Assembly (NCBI GenBank): GCA_964658305.1
Contig: OZ210885.1
Coordinates: 5,022,001 to 5,086,000, forward strand
Length of the DNA stretch: 64,000 bases
From: Leptogorgia sarmentosa
Lineage: Eukaryota
Direction of reading: 5' to 3'
A program made the position numbers and the translations under genes. The notes beneath the pieces were generated by a model. That model worked only from the letters and a program-made list of their open reading frames with translations, was not told where the DNA came from and ran no database searches. Positions 27,400 to 37,500 of this stretch are shown piece after piece; within the stretch, counting starts at the first letter, position 1; every line of letters starts with the position of its first letter.

Positions 27400-29490
27400 C
27401 GAGAATAGCGAGAAAAATATAACAAATATAACAAATATAACAAATGTAATACACGTCCCAGCAGTAACCAGCTAAAGGAACTACGACAGTAAGCAAGATG
27501 CGACACTTTCAGGGGGGGGGGGGGTGCGAATGTATAACTGATACGCGTCGCTAACCCATCGGCCAAGTGTCTTTATCAGATGATCCGGCAGACCAACTCT
27601 GACCGCGCTCAAACCAGAGCACGTTGCGCTCAGTCGTTGGAGACAAACGACACAGGATAACATGGACCGTGCTGAAACCAGAGCGTGTTCCTGCAAGTTG
27701 AAAAGCGTCAGCAATTCTATTGGACTTCCCTGGTACATGGCAGACGCAGACGCGAAAGTTATATTGGGCTGTTATCAGGTAGAGAGCGCGGAGTATATGC
27801 ATGATTTTGTCATCCTTGGATGTTCCTGACTGTATGATGTGAACCACGCTCTGGTTATCGCACCAAAACTTTATTCGCAGGCGCGACAAAGTAGGACCCC
27901 ATAAGTGGCAGGCAACGACGATAGGGAATAGTTCTTTATACGCCATTCCTAGCGGTTGTTGCACGGCTGACCATGCACCGGAAAACCACTCGCCGTTATA
28001 GTAAACGCCGTATCTTTGTTTACCTGAGGTATCACTAGAGAGTTCGAAGTCTGCTAGGGGGGCCCACTCGGGGAGGTCGAAAAAGTAAACTCCTGGGCAC
28101 AATGGCAAGAACTGCACCCACCATTGAATATCTAGCTGACAATCCCTGGTGAGGCGAATTCGTTTCCAGTAGCGTTTTGAGTCGCGCAGAAGATTTAAGA
28201 GACGGCTAAGAAAGGTGCGACCCGCGGGAATAATGTAGCATGCATGGTTGAGCTTGCCAAGTAAAGACTCAAGTTCCCATATTCGAATAAGCGAAGTAAG
28301 TTCAGATAGTTTATCCGTGGGCAAACGTGCGGTCATTGCCATCTAGTCAAGCTCGATCCCCAGAAAAGTAATACAGGTCGTAGGCCCCTCGATCTTATTT
28401 GGAGCTAGAGGAATACCAAAGTAGCATGCTGCGCATTGAATCGCGTGCAAAGAATCGGCACAAACAGGTGATGCCGTAGGGCTCAGAGTGGAATAGTCAT
28501 CGAGATAGTGTAGTAAATCCGGAACTAGATAATTGTTTGTGAGTATCCATTGGAATATGTCAGCCAAACAGTTAAAAATATATGGCGCCGAGCGAAGTCC
28601 AAACGGAAGAGCGAGATCAACGAAATAATGATCACCCAATTGCATGCCCAAAAGGTAGTAATCGTCGGAGTGAATAGGTACGATACGATAAGCATTCTTT
28701 ATGTCGACCTTGCCCATTAGAGCCCCCTTGCCCCGCTTTAGGATCAAAGCATTTGCATTGTCGACCTTGCTGTAACTGACGGGAAACTCATCTTTTTTAA
28801 TCCCATCATTAACGCTGTGTCCGAGGCGATGAGAGAGATCGAGAATAAGGTGCCATGCATTAGATTTGTTTTTCTTTGGAATAACGCCAAAACGACTAAT
28901 TTGCAAGTAGAGGGAAGGTTGGTTAGTCATTGGGCCAAAGACTTGCCCGGCTTTGATTTCGGCAGTAAGATACTCATCAATAACCCGTGAGTGTTCCCCG
29001 CCACAGACGGGCAATTGGCCGCGGTCGATTTTAATTGTTACCAGCTACACGATCGATTTTTATCAACCTTAATGCTCTTAGCATAAGGTCAATTTTGAGT
29101 CCGGCCATGGACACATCTGCAAACTGCAGGAGCTGTTCCATGGTATTGGGGCACGGCCGAGACCTAGGCTAAAGGCTGTTTCAGGGCCAAGTTGAATCTG
29201 GGGCGAAACACGGACAGGGGTACGGGTTAAAGGCGGCACAGTGGTGTTTTGGACGGTGGGATCGGGAATCGAAGGAGTTGTAACCGAATAACGTGAATCT
29301 CGGACACTACTGTTAACCACATTTAAAAATGATGGAGCAAGAAACGTACCTGGGGCCAGGGATGAGATACCTGTGTCAGTGCTCGGCGTAGTCAGCGTCG
29401 GAGTGGGAATAGCGGCGCCCAATTGTTCCAACTGTGAAGTAGACGTGGCCATAGTAGAAATGGCGGTGGAAATTTTGGCGGCCATAGTTT
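27400..29490 (-). mobile_element. Second DIRS/Ngaro-type element: gag-like, RT, RNase H and YR tail, with most of YR deleted
   Basis: KVDIKNAYR, LPFGLRSAP, HYLDD, FLGIELD, MAYKELFPI, CDNQSVV, HVPG..N..AD, TLGRW.SDAY..YIRTP. Confidence 0.85.
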
Positions 29491-29715
29491 TTTTTTAATG
29501 CTCTAGTGGACTATTGTCATTGTGCGAGTACTTCCCGAGCAAAGTGAGCCCAAAATATTATTTTGCGTTGTGCATTGTTTATAGATGCGTGCGCATCCTA
29601 ATTAATTGACTAAGTGCAAAGGTTATCTTACACAGTGTTTATCCTTCCTGATTTCTTGAATAATCGTTGCCGTTGTGGCATTCTTAACCAGATTTCTGGT
29701 GGCGTGGGCGATTAT

Positions 29716-30965
29716 TTATGTCTCATAATTGGTAAATATTTGCCGACCACCAGACGATGTTGTTTCCGTTTCCCACGAATTGATTTTCCTGCCGCCACTT
29801 GAAGTCCACGACGCCACTTTCTTCTGTGACGGCATGACGATTTTTTTGGACTTGAGATATTCATGTGCCTCCTTTGGCACAGCGCCCGCCAGCTCATTTT
29901 TCTGGCCACACACTTTAGCCACGTGGGTTAGGTCGAGCACGACACCTTTGCTCAACGTCGGGCCAAACAGTTTGAGCAGCTCTTTCTTCTGCTCGACGCT
30001 CAAGGCGTGGTGGTCAGGTAGCTAAATAGAAATAGAATTATGAACAACGATATCTTTTGTAGGAGAAACCATTTCCTGAAAACTTATTCATATCAGATAG
30101 TTACTTACCTCATCAGCATTCCCACCAGTTACAGTTTTCATAAACTTCGCCATGTAAATATCATCTTTTGAAGTGTTGTTCAACGTGCTGACCGCATGGC
30201 TCATCTGCTCGGCCAGTTGTTCCTTGGACACAGTTGACGATTCGCCCAGTTTGCGCTGGCTACTGATGATAGCCTTCCTAAGGTCAGCCCCGTGGATGTT
30301 GGTGCCCATCCTTTGGCCGATGGTGTTAATTCGGCGGCTGACCCTGGATTCATCTAACCCATGACCATTGGAATTTATAAAAAGCAGCGGCTCCGGAGGT
30401 ACGCCAGGATTCGCTTCCGACACCGAGTGTTGATTTGCGAACAATGGTCGCATATGGGCCTTGTACGTTTCCCCCATTTGCTTTAACTCGACATCCCAAA
30501 ATAGCTTGGCCGGCCCTTTGGACACCTCCAAAGGTGTTGTGATTTTGGGTCTGTCTCAGGTAAAGGTCCCCCGTCGTTACGCCGTGCTCATACTGCTGCA
30601 GCGTCAGGTTAGCCAGAGCCCCACATCGCTGCCCACTTGCCATGAGGAGCCGGAGCATGAGATAATCTCTCATTTGCGAAAAATCATTCACAGACACAAT
30701 ACGGTCGGTGGTGCCCTCCAAATCTACAAATTGTTGCCAAACCTTCTGGCTGTTGCGACTTGCCAACATGCGTGAGAAATCTTGGGAACCGAGCAGACGC
30801 TCTTGACCCCTGGTTCTCACTTCCGCCCGATGCCGCATCAGCGCATGAGTTAAGGAACCTGGCCAGTACTCCAGGCGAGTTAGTTAGTTTCCCGAGTTGG
30901 GATTCGAGTTGGGATTTGGACTGAAATTGGACCATATATATATTATATGTTCGCGTACTAGCCAT
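29716..30965 (-). pseudogene. Spliced tyrosine recombinase gene (Crypton-like or viral), frameshifted
   Basis: RDYLMLRLL..SGQRCGAL.NLT, DLRK and LAEQMSH motifs; GT-AG intron 30022-30108 joins NADE to LPDHHALSVEQK in frame. Confidence 0.65.
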
Positions 30966-31044
30966 TATAGGTATTAGAAATTTCACGTTTTTATAATAAA
31001 AATTTTCCAGGAGATAGTTAAAGGTCAATATTAGATAAAAAAAG

Positions 31045-32429
31045 TCATCCAGCAACTAAAGTTCTAATTGTTTGCTGGTGTGCTGGCGTTAATAAAAGTT
31101 GAATATTTGGTGCAATCGTGACATATTCTCGTGAGAATAGTGGTTGTTTCTTCTTCACGCAGTCTGCCCGGCAATGAAAATAAACATTTCCTAACTTTCC
31201 TATTCTCTCTTCACCATCTTCATAGTACATCCGTCTCATTTTCGTGACGATTATGCTTCAGTCAATTGACACGACGCAAAATGCAATGAAATACTAATGA
31301 AGTATTAAAAATTGAGAATGACGTATTTTAATGCTGCCTCCTTTGACCTTTGTGCGTGTCAAATTACCAATGTAAATTAAATTATAAAAGGTAAAGTTTA
31401 TCCAAACTATGGAAATGACGATGCCTGATAATATTTTAGTATTCAAAGCAACGGATGGCTAGAGATTGAACCACTGGATTGAACACAAAATAGAGTTTAA
31501 AAGCACGTACCTGTCTCACACACTTCTTTTCGGCCGCTATTTTCGTGTTTTTATTGACTCGCCCTAGTCCACATCCTTTAAACCCCTGGTTTAAATCCCG
31601 GCATAATTTATATCGCGGGTGTTAAATCCCCGCCTAATACCCCGGTTTACAAAAACGTGTTGTTAATTCTACCGCCCTCCCGGGCATAGCACGTTGTTAA
31701 ATAGCGTTAAATCCCCGCTAAATTTTGTTAATTCCCCGCTATGTCCCGGGGGTGGGGGGGGGGGGGGGGCGTGGTGTCAATTGACTGAAGCATTACCAAG
31801 ATATGAGGAATTCTGTGCCTGCACCCGTGGCATGTTGTAACTCTCGGGTCACAGAATTGCAAAAGAGTTATTTCATACGAGCCTTCCGCAGGTTTTGGTC
31901 GAGGCGTCAAATGAGCGTTTTGTGTCGCAGTGGCTTCTTGTGTCAGGGTGTGGGGTCGAGGCATGAAAATATTGTTCTGCGCCGTAGAGACTTGATGTGT
32001 CGGGGCGTGAAAACAGCGTTTTGCGCCACACAGACTTGATGTATTGGGGCGGGAGGTGTATGTCGAGACGTGAAAACAGCATTTTGCCGTCGTATTCTCT
32101 CTTGCTTATCTCAAGGGCTTGTTTTAAAGTAATTTCTTCACTTTCATCAATAGGGACTTGATGTATCGGGGCTGGAGGTGTATGTCGAGGCGTGAAAACA
32201 GCGTTTTGCACCATAGGGACTTGATGTATCGGGGCGCGAGGTGTATGTCGAGGCGTGAAAACAGCGTTTTGCGCCATAGGGACTTGATGTGTCAAGGCGT
32301 GAAAACAGTGTTCTGCGTCGTATGGACTTGAAGTGTCGCGGCGCGAGGTGTGGCTCGAGGCGTAAAAATAGCGTTCTGTGCTGGAGGGATTCGGTTTATT
32401 TGAGCTCGAGGTGCTTCAGCAAACCCTTG
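31045..32429 (-). pseudogene. C-terminal relic of a MULE-like transposase gene (paralog of 60813-63870) with 63-bp tandem repeats
   Basis: C..RV..C.GC and LVIV..M.R.Y...GNVYFH...C..KKQPLF are shared with ORF 60813-62378; 21-aa repeats at ~31900-32390. Confidence 0.7.
31254..31792. mobile_element. MITE with 19-bp TIR and TTA TSD (PIF/Harbinger-like)
   Basis: tta|tgcttcagtcaattgacac ... gtgtcaattgactgaagca|tta; excision restores the frame PHILVIVTKMRR. Confidence 0.85.
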
Positions 32430-32726
32430 AGTAGGTTACCCCCCCCCCCCATATAGCAATGAAAGGGATGCCGACAATGACGTCACAATAGGTGAGAACA
32501 AAGGTTGACCATAGTGTTCACGTGGACAGTGCATGTATTCAAATGAAGCACGTGGACAGTGCATGTATGAGGTGTTCACGTGGACAGTGCATGTATTCAA
32601 ATGAAGCACGTGTTTACTGTATGGTACGAATTTTTTATTGAAATTTCGAGCGATAAGAATTAGGCAAAAAAAAAATTGAGATTGTACATTTTTATTTGAG
32701 CAATAATAAAATTTTAATTTTACATG
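32430..32726 (+). repeat. Left TIR of element 1
   Basis: Reverse complement of 48328-48556, with extra copies of cacgtggacagtgcatgtat. Confidence 0.95.
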
Positions 32727-33265
32727 TTATTAAAATGTTTTCGAAGTTTGTCTTTGAGATAGTCTTCATATGCTTTTAGTGTGTCCGGTTCCTTGCTCTT
32801 AAACCTTTCTTTTTTTCCTCGCACAAAATAATTAAAGGTAGGTGGGCTAGTAAAAAAGCACTCCGCAATACGTTCCAATGGATCCGCTTTAGGAATAAAC
32901 AAATCGCGTAGGATTTCGATTAATGACTGATTGTCCTGGTATACATGAAATATTGATTCAATCAACATAAGATCAGGGTTTTCTTCCAAGCTTAACAGGT
33001 GTTCAGTAAGATATTTTTCAAACGGAACATTTAGGATTTCAAGAACATGACTAAATTCACGCCAAACAATGCAACTAGCTTTTGCTTCTTCCATAGCATC
33101 AATACCATACATCTCCCATTTTTCAAACTCGTCCAACATCAAGCAGTCTTGGTCACGAATTTTACACCCGCAACAAAACAGGTTAAATTTACTTTCGATG
33201 ATATGAGCTATGACCTTGGCGTGTATCATTTCCATCAAATGAAGCTTTTTGCTTGAACCGTTCAT
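32720..33265 (-). CDS. CCGC-motif Maverick accessory protein (divergent paralog), 181 aa
   Basis: FCCGCKIRDQDCLML..EKWEMYG..AME aligns with ORFs 33741 and 58700. Confidence 0.75.
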   Translation of the reverse strand: MNGSSKKLHLMEMIHAKVIAHIIESKFNLFCCGCKIRDQDCLMLDEFEKWEMYGIDAMEEAKASCIVWREFSHVLEILNVPFEKYLTEHLLSLEENPDLMLIESIFHVYQDNQSLIEILRDLFIPKADPLERIAECFFTSPPTFNYFVRGKKERFKSKEPDTLKAYEDYLKDKLRKHFNNM

Positions 33266-33331
33266 TATGAAAACCAGTGCGTTCTAACAAAATAGTGTTC
33301 CTAACCATTTCAAATATACTTCAACGCTAAT

Positions 33332-33647
33332 GTACTTTAATGAGATTGCTGAGGCGTCACGGCATTGTTTGGTGTACGTACGCTGATTTAATGAGCTGAG
33401 GTGAACGTACGCGACGCCCACACAATTCAAATTTTGGCGCCATTTATTGTTTTGGTGTACGTACGCTGATTTAATGAGATTGCTGAGGCGTCACGGCATT
33501 GTTTGGTGTACGTACGCTGATTTAATGAGATTGCTGAGGCGTCACGGCATTGTTTGGTGTACGTACGCTGATTTAATGAGCTGAGGCGAACGTACGCGAA
33601 GCCCACCCAATTCAAATGTTGGCGCCAATGATTGATTGGTGTACGAT
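33332..33647 (+). repeat. Left sub-terminal repeat array (51-bp and ~83-bp units sharing a TACGTA core)
   Basis: Core ttggtgtacgtacgctgatttaatgag repeated; inverted copy at 47538-47868. Confidence 0.92.
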
Positions 33648-33740
33648 ATTTTAATTCATTTATTTGCATACTTGGTAAACTATAAGTAGAGCCGTTGTAT
33701 ACTGTTTTTTCATAGTACTGAGATTTTCGAAACGCGAAAA

Positions 33741-34214
33741 ATGAGTTCTTATAAGCATACGACGTTCGGAAGCAGAGTTTTTGCCGATGAAGTTTTTTAT
33801 GCGGACCATATGAAACTATGTAATTTGTTGGAGACGATTTTTGCTTGGAGTGTTTCTGATGAAGTTCACAAGCTTGATAAGGAGAAATGTTGTGGATGCG
33901 AGGTCGACCATCCCAGTCAGCGAAGGCATGATTGCCTTATGTTGACGATAGAAGAAAAATGGATGTCGTACGGTTTGGAGGCGATAGAGCGAGTGAATAG
34001 TAAGCGTATGACATGGCGGCTTTTTTTAGAAGCGTTGAGGATCTTGAAACTAAAATATCATAATAGCATTGTTGATCATTTAAGAGATCTCGAACGCGAT
34101 CCTGACTCTTCACTGGTGCATTCCTTAATGGAACTTCACCTTGACACCAACAATACCGAGTTTGAATCCGTTTTGAATTATTTATCGTACTGGAGAGAGG
34201 ATAGAGGTTGCTGA
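33741..34214 (+). CDS. CCGCxxDHPSQxxHxC putative zinc-binding Maverick protein, 157 aa
   Basis: Intact ORF with upstream TATA-like tataag; ortholog at 58700-59158. Confidence 0.8.
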   Translation: MSSYKHTTFGSRVFADEVFYADHMKLCNLLETIFAWSVSDEVHKLDKEKCCGCEVDHPSQRRHDCLMLTIEEKWMSYGLEAIERVNSKRMTWRLFLEALRILKLKYHNSIVDHLRDLERDPDSSLVHSLMELHLDTNNTEFESVLNYLSYWREDRGC

Positions 34215-34319
34215 TTAACTGGATTTATGAACACGTGATCGGAAGTGACGTATATGTAAGAAAAAAAGTATATAAGTGTGCATGCTTTTGAAAAATATTA
34301 GTTACATTTATCCTGAACG

Positions 34320-34901
34320 ATGAAGTGTTTGCACGGAGAGCCTGCTTCTTCCTCGACTACCCAGAACGGTTCATTCTGGTTCTGCGGTCAGAACTCGACA
34401 TGTCATTTCTTTTGCTCGGAAGAGGAGGGATATATGTTTGAAAAAGCCATTGATGCCTGGAGATCCACGAATCAACAGCAGCCATTATGTAGTGGACACG
34501 GTAAACTTGCGAAGATGCACGTGGTTAAAGATCTGATGAAAGAGAGCTATGGAAGACCGTATTTCGTGTGTTCCGATAAGAGGAATCCGTGTTCCTTTTC
34601 GGTGTGGGGCGATGTTCAACCAGTGATGCGGCCGAGCTGTAACCATGGGTTTCCATGTGCAACTCTTAAGGTCAAGAAAGAGGGCGTCAACAAGGGTCGT
34701 ATGTTCTTTACCTGTCCAAACGGGAAGGAGGACTCGTGTCGATATTTTGAATGGGTTCCCGAGGAAGGAGACGAGTCGCTGCAGCCGGTCAACTTCTTCA
34801 TGTCTGAACAACGTAGCCAGAGAAGCAGAGAGAGACGGAACTATTATAATAACTGCGTTGATAATTTAGCGCAAAGTTTTCAAACCATGAACATTAACTA
34901 G
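34320..34901 (+). CDS. Triple GRF-type zinc-finger protein, 193 aa
   Basis: CxH...GR.[YF]F.C...C.[FY]..W repeats (GRPYFVC, GRMFFTC); ortholog at 59891-60451. Confidence 0.85.
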   Translation: MKCLHGEPASSSTTQNGSFWFCGQNSTCHFFCSEEEGYMFEKAIDAWRSTNQQQPLCSGHGKLAKMHVVKDLMKESYGRPYFVCSDKRNPCSFSVWGDVQPVMRPSCNHGFPCATLKVKKEGVNKGRMFFTCPNGKEDSCRYFEWVPEEGDESLQPVNFFMSEQRSQRSRERRNYYNNCVDNLAQSFQTMNIN

Positions 34902-34988
34902 TTTGCTTATTACTTGTTTGTATTTCATATTTTAAATAAACACGTTTCTACTTTCATGTATTCATTTTTGTCTATGTTTGAGTGCAGA

Positions 34989-35339
34989 ATGGAGGTAATT
35001 TTGGATGAGCTTCAAAAAAATAATGTAGACATTGACATGAGAACGTTATCATATTATATAAACTATTTACTTGACGAGCACGAGTCTATGTATCGGTCAA
35101 TGGTTGCATGTTCTCCAGATTTCGCGACAGTTTTTCACGAGATCAACGTTGTTAATTTTGGTCGAGCTATGGCTTATTTAACCATGGTTTATTTCATGAA
35201 AGTTTCTGAAGATGAGATACGTAGTGCGGTGCAGTTAGTTGTTGCACCTTTAAGGAGCTTTGATTTTACGGAGTATAAGATCAAAGAAAGTTTTTTCGAC
35301 AAGATGACGTCTTTTTTTATTAAACTATTTCCGTTATAA
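34989..35339 (+). CDS. Putative Bcl-2-like protein, about 116 aa
   Basis: FATVFHEINVVNFGRAMAYL resembles the BH1 consensus (F..V..E.....NWGRIVA.L); small, helical-looking ORF. Confidence 0.5.
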   Translation: MEVILDELQKNNVDIDMRTLSYYINYLLDEHESMYRSMVACSPDFATVFHEINVVNFGRAMAYLTMVYFMKVSEDEIRSAVQLVVAPLRSFDFTEYKIKESFFDKMTSFFIKLFPL

Positions 35340-35391
35340 AATGTAGAAATGTGTAAGATGAAGTTTATTGCGTGTTTTGGTCGTGAACACG

Positions 35392-36033
35392 ATGGATGTA
35401 AGATTTAAGACGCCTGCGAACTTTTATATTTGCGGTCAGAGTCAAAGCGGAAAATCCTATTTGGTTCGTTCAATGTTACGAAACCTGGAGGAATTGTTTT
35501 TTCCTGTACCTTCTAAAGTAATATATTGCTATGGAGAGTTTCAAAAAGAATTTGAGGAGTTATCGGAGGCTTTACCGAACATACAGCTTGTTCAGGGATT
35601 TCCAAACGACTTGTATGATATGACATAAGCGCATGATAATTCACTTGTGATTTTGGACGACTTGATGTCGCAGTGCTCTAATGATCAACGCGTAGCTGAC
35701 CTTTTTACACGCGGTTCGCATCATCGTGGAATATCTGTCTTATTCCTTACTCAAAACCTATTTCCTCCTGGTAAGCTTTCGAGGACAATCAGCTTAAATT
35801 CACATTACATGCTGATATTTCGAAACCTACGAGATTCACTTGGCATTGCGACATTGGCACGCCAGATGTATCCCAAGAATGTCGGTTATTTGCTAGAATC
35901 ATTTAACGATGCTACAAAAAGACCCTATGGCTATCTTCTATTGGATCTTCATCAATTAACGCCGGAGGACATAAGATTGCGAACAAATATTCTACCTAAC
36001 GAGAGACAGATTGTTTACGTTAAACGAAACTGA
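35392..36033 (+). pseudogene. A32/FtsK-like DNA packaging ATPase with one in-frame stop (35626-35628)
   Basis: Walker A GQSQSGKS, Walker B LVILDDLM, SHH and TQNLF motifs; both ORF halves are in the same frame. Confidence 0.92.
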
Positions 36034-36150
36034 CTCAGACACAGAATTCAATGTTAACTTTTTATCCCAACATAATTTTATATTCCCAACAAAATGTAAA
36101 AGTTCTAACGAAATATATAAATTTAAATAACCTAAACTATGCGTTTTTTA

Positions 36151-37005
36151 TTACACACTTGTAACATCATAAATTTCACTACTTGAGCCCGAGGAGCTTT
36201 CAGCAATGTTTCCCACGGAGTTTACTGTTGCCATCACTATGTTTCTGTTTTCCTGGGTTCGACGGCGGCGGCAACGCGTACACGGTCTACATTTTGCGCA
36301 AAAAATTAGAACGAAAAGTGTCGCAAATGCTGTCGACAAGTATACTGCTAACTGTTGTGGATAACCGTCGCGTCGGTGTACCGTTACAGGGTTTTTGGGC
36401 TTTATGGACGATGAGGATAAAGGGAGGGAGGAGGAGCTCGAGCTGAATTTTGGGGGTTGGGGAGTATTTCGACTTTGGGTGTTGGGTACTGATCGGGTGT
36501 GAGGTTTGGAAGGTCGAGGAATATGGGTACTTGGTTTGGTGGAAGGTCTGCAGGGCGATGTTGTCGTTGGGGTGAGAGGTTTAGTGGGCGAGGGTCGAAG
36601 AGTGGTTTGGATTGTAGGTGGAGAGGTGGTGGAATGCTTGGACGGCGATGGGGTTTTCGAGGGGGAAAGGTATATGTTTGTCCTTATTTCGCAATCGCTC
36701 TTTACCGTTACGCTTATGAACACGCCACCGCAAACATGTGGATTTTCACGCACGTCGATCAACTTTAAGTTTGGATATGTTGTTATGATTTTGCTATCCA
36801 ATTTTGTAATGTTGTTTTGCCGCAAGTCCAAAACCTTTACGGCATCGCGATCTTTTTTTAATATGGGCACATTCTGCAGACCCACGTTGACGCAATCTAG
36901 TACGCCCACAAATTTCACCAGTTTACAGGATCGCTGCTGTGTTCCATAGATTGAGCTGTCAGTTAAGATAACAAGGAAAATAGAAAAGCGTACGAAGCCA
37001 ACCAT
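36151..37005 (-). CDS. Type I membrane protein with signal peptide, LRR, mucin-like stalk, TM helix and cytoplasmic tail, 284 aa
   Basis: MVGFVRFSIFLVIL signal; LRRNT-like C...DC...GL..VP; LDLRQNNITKL; LKLIDVRENP..C; P/T/S-rich stalk; TM LAVYLSTAFATLFVLIFC; ends in EIYDVTSV. Confidence 0.8.
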   Translation of the reverse strand: MVGFVRFSIFLVILTDSSIYGTQQRSCKLVKFVGVLDCVNVGLQNVPILKKDRDAVKVLDLRQNNITKLDSKIITTYPNLKLIDVRENPHVCGGVFISVTVKSDCEIRTNIYLSPSKTPSPSKHSTTSPPTIQTTLRPSPTKPLTPTTTSPCRPSTKPSTHIPRPSKPHTRSVPNTQSRNTPQPPKFSSSSSSLPLSSSSIKPKNPVTVHRRDGYPQQLAVYLSTAFATLFVLIFCAKCRPCTRCRRRRTQENRNIVMATVNSVGNIAESSSGSSSEIYDVTSV

Positions 37006-37192
37006 GATTTCGCTTGGTGTTCGTGCGATTTGTAAATGTGTATACAGAAAAGAATTTAAAATGTTTTTAAGTTCATTAAAACTGAAGTGTGTGTGTGTGT
37101 GTGTGACACGTGACATTTATTTTTTGTTATACTTCATCATTAATGTATATATAAAACTGTACTTTTATAAAATGCGGTTTATTTATCTCACG

Positions 37193-37498
37193 ATGTCAAA
37201 GAGGATGAGAGATAGTCAGAGAGTGAGAGATAGCCGAAAAGTTCTTATAGAACATGGACCGAGTGATCTCATATTATGCATTTGTGAATGCTGTTACAAC
37301 GTGTTAAAAGGGACGGTACCTTTGACAAAAAGGCAGAAGCAACATTTGTCGCGGTACAAGAAACATCTCAGAGGTTTGGCAAACAAAAAGATCTCACGCG
37401 TAAAAAAACGTCGTTTACTGACACAGCAAAAAGGTGGTGGTAATCTGTTAACAGCCCTTTTACCGCCTGTTTTAAGCGTATTGAGTAGCTTATTGTAA
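37193..37498 (+). CDS. Small basic conserved Maverick virion-module protein
   Basis: CECCYNVLKG.VPL...QKGGG.LL..LLPPVL; paralog in the relic at 2355-2537. Confidence 0.75.
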   Translation: MSKRMRDSQRVRDSRKVLIEHGPSDLILCICECCYNVLKGTVPLTKRQKQHLSRYKKHLRGLANKKISRVKKRRLLTQQKGGGNLLTALLPPVLSVLSSLL

Positions 37499-37500
37499 AA

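Noticed and set aside
33332..33647. CRISPR-like repeat-spacer appearance (also 47538-47868 and 59200-59820)
   Set aside because: The spacers are themselves repeated, no cas genes are present, and the context is a eukaryotic Maverick.
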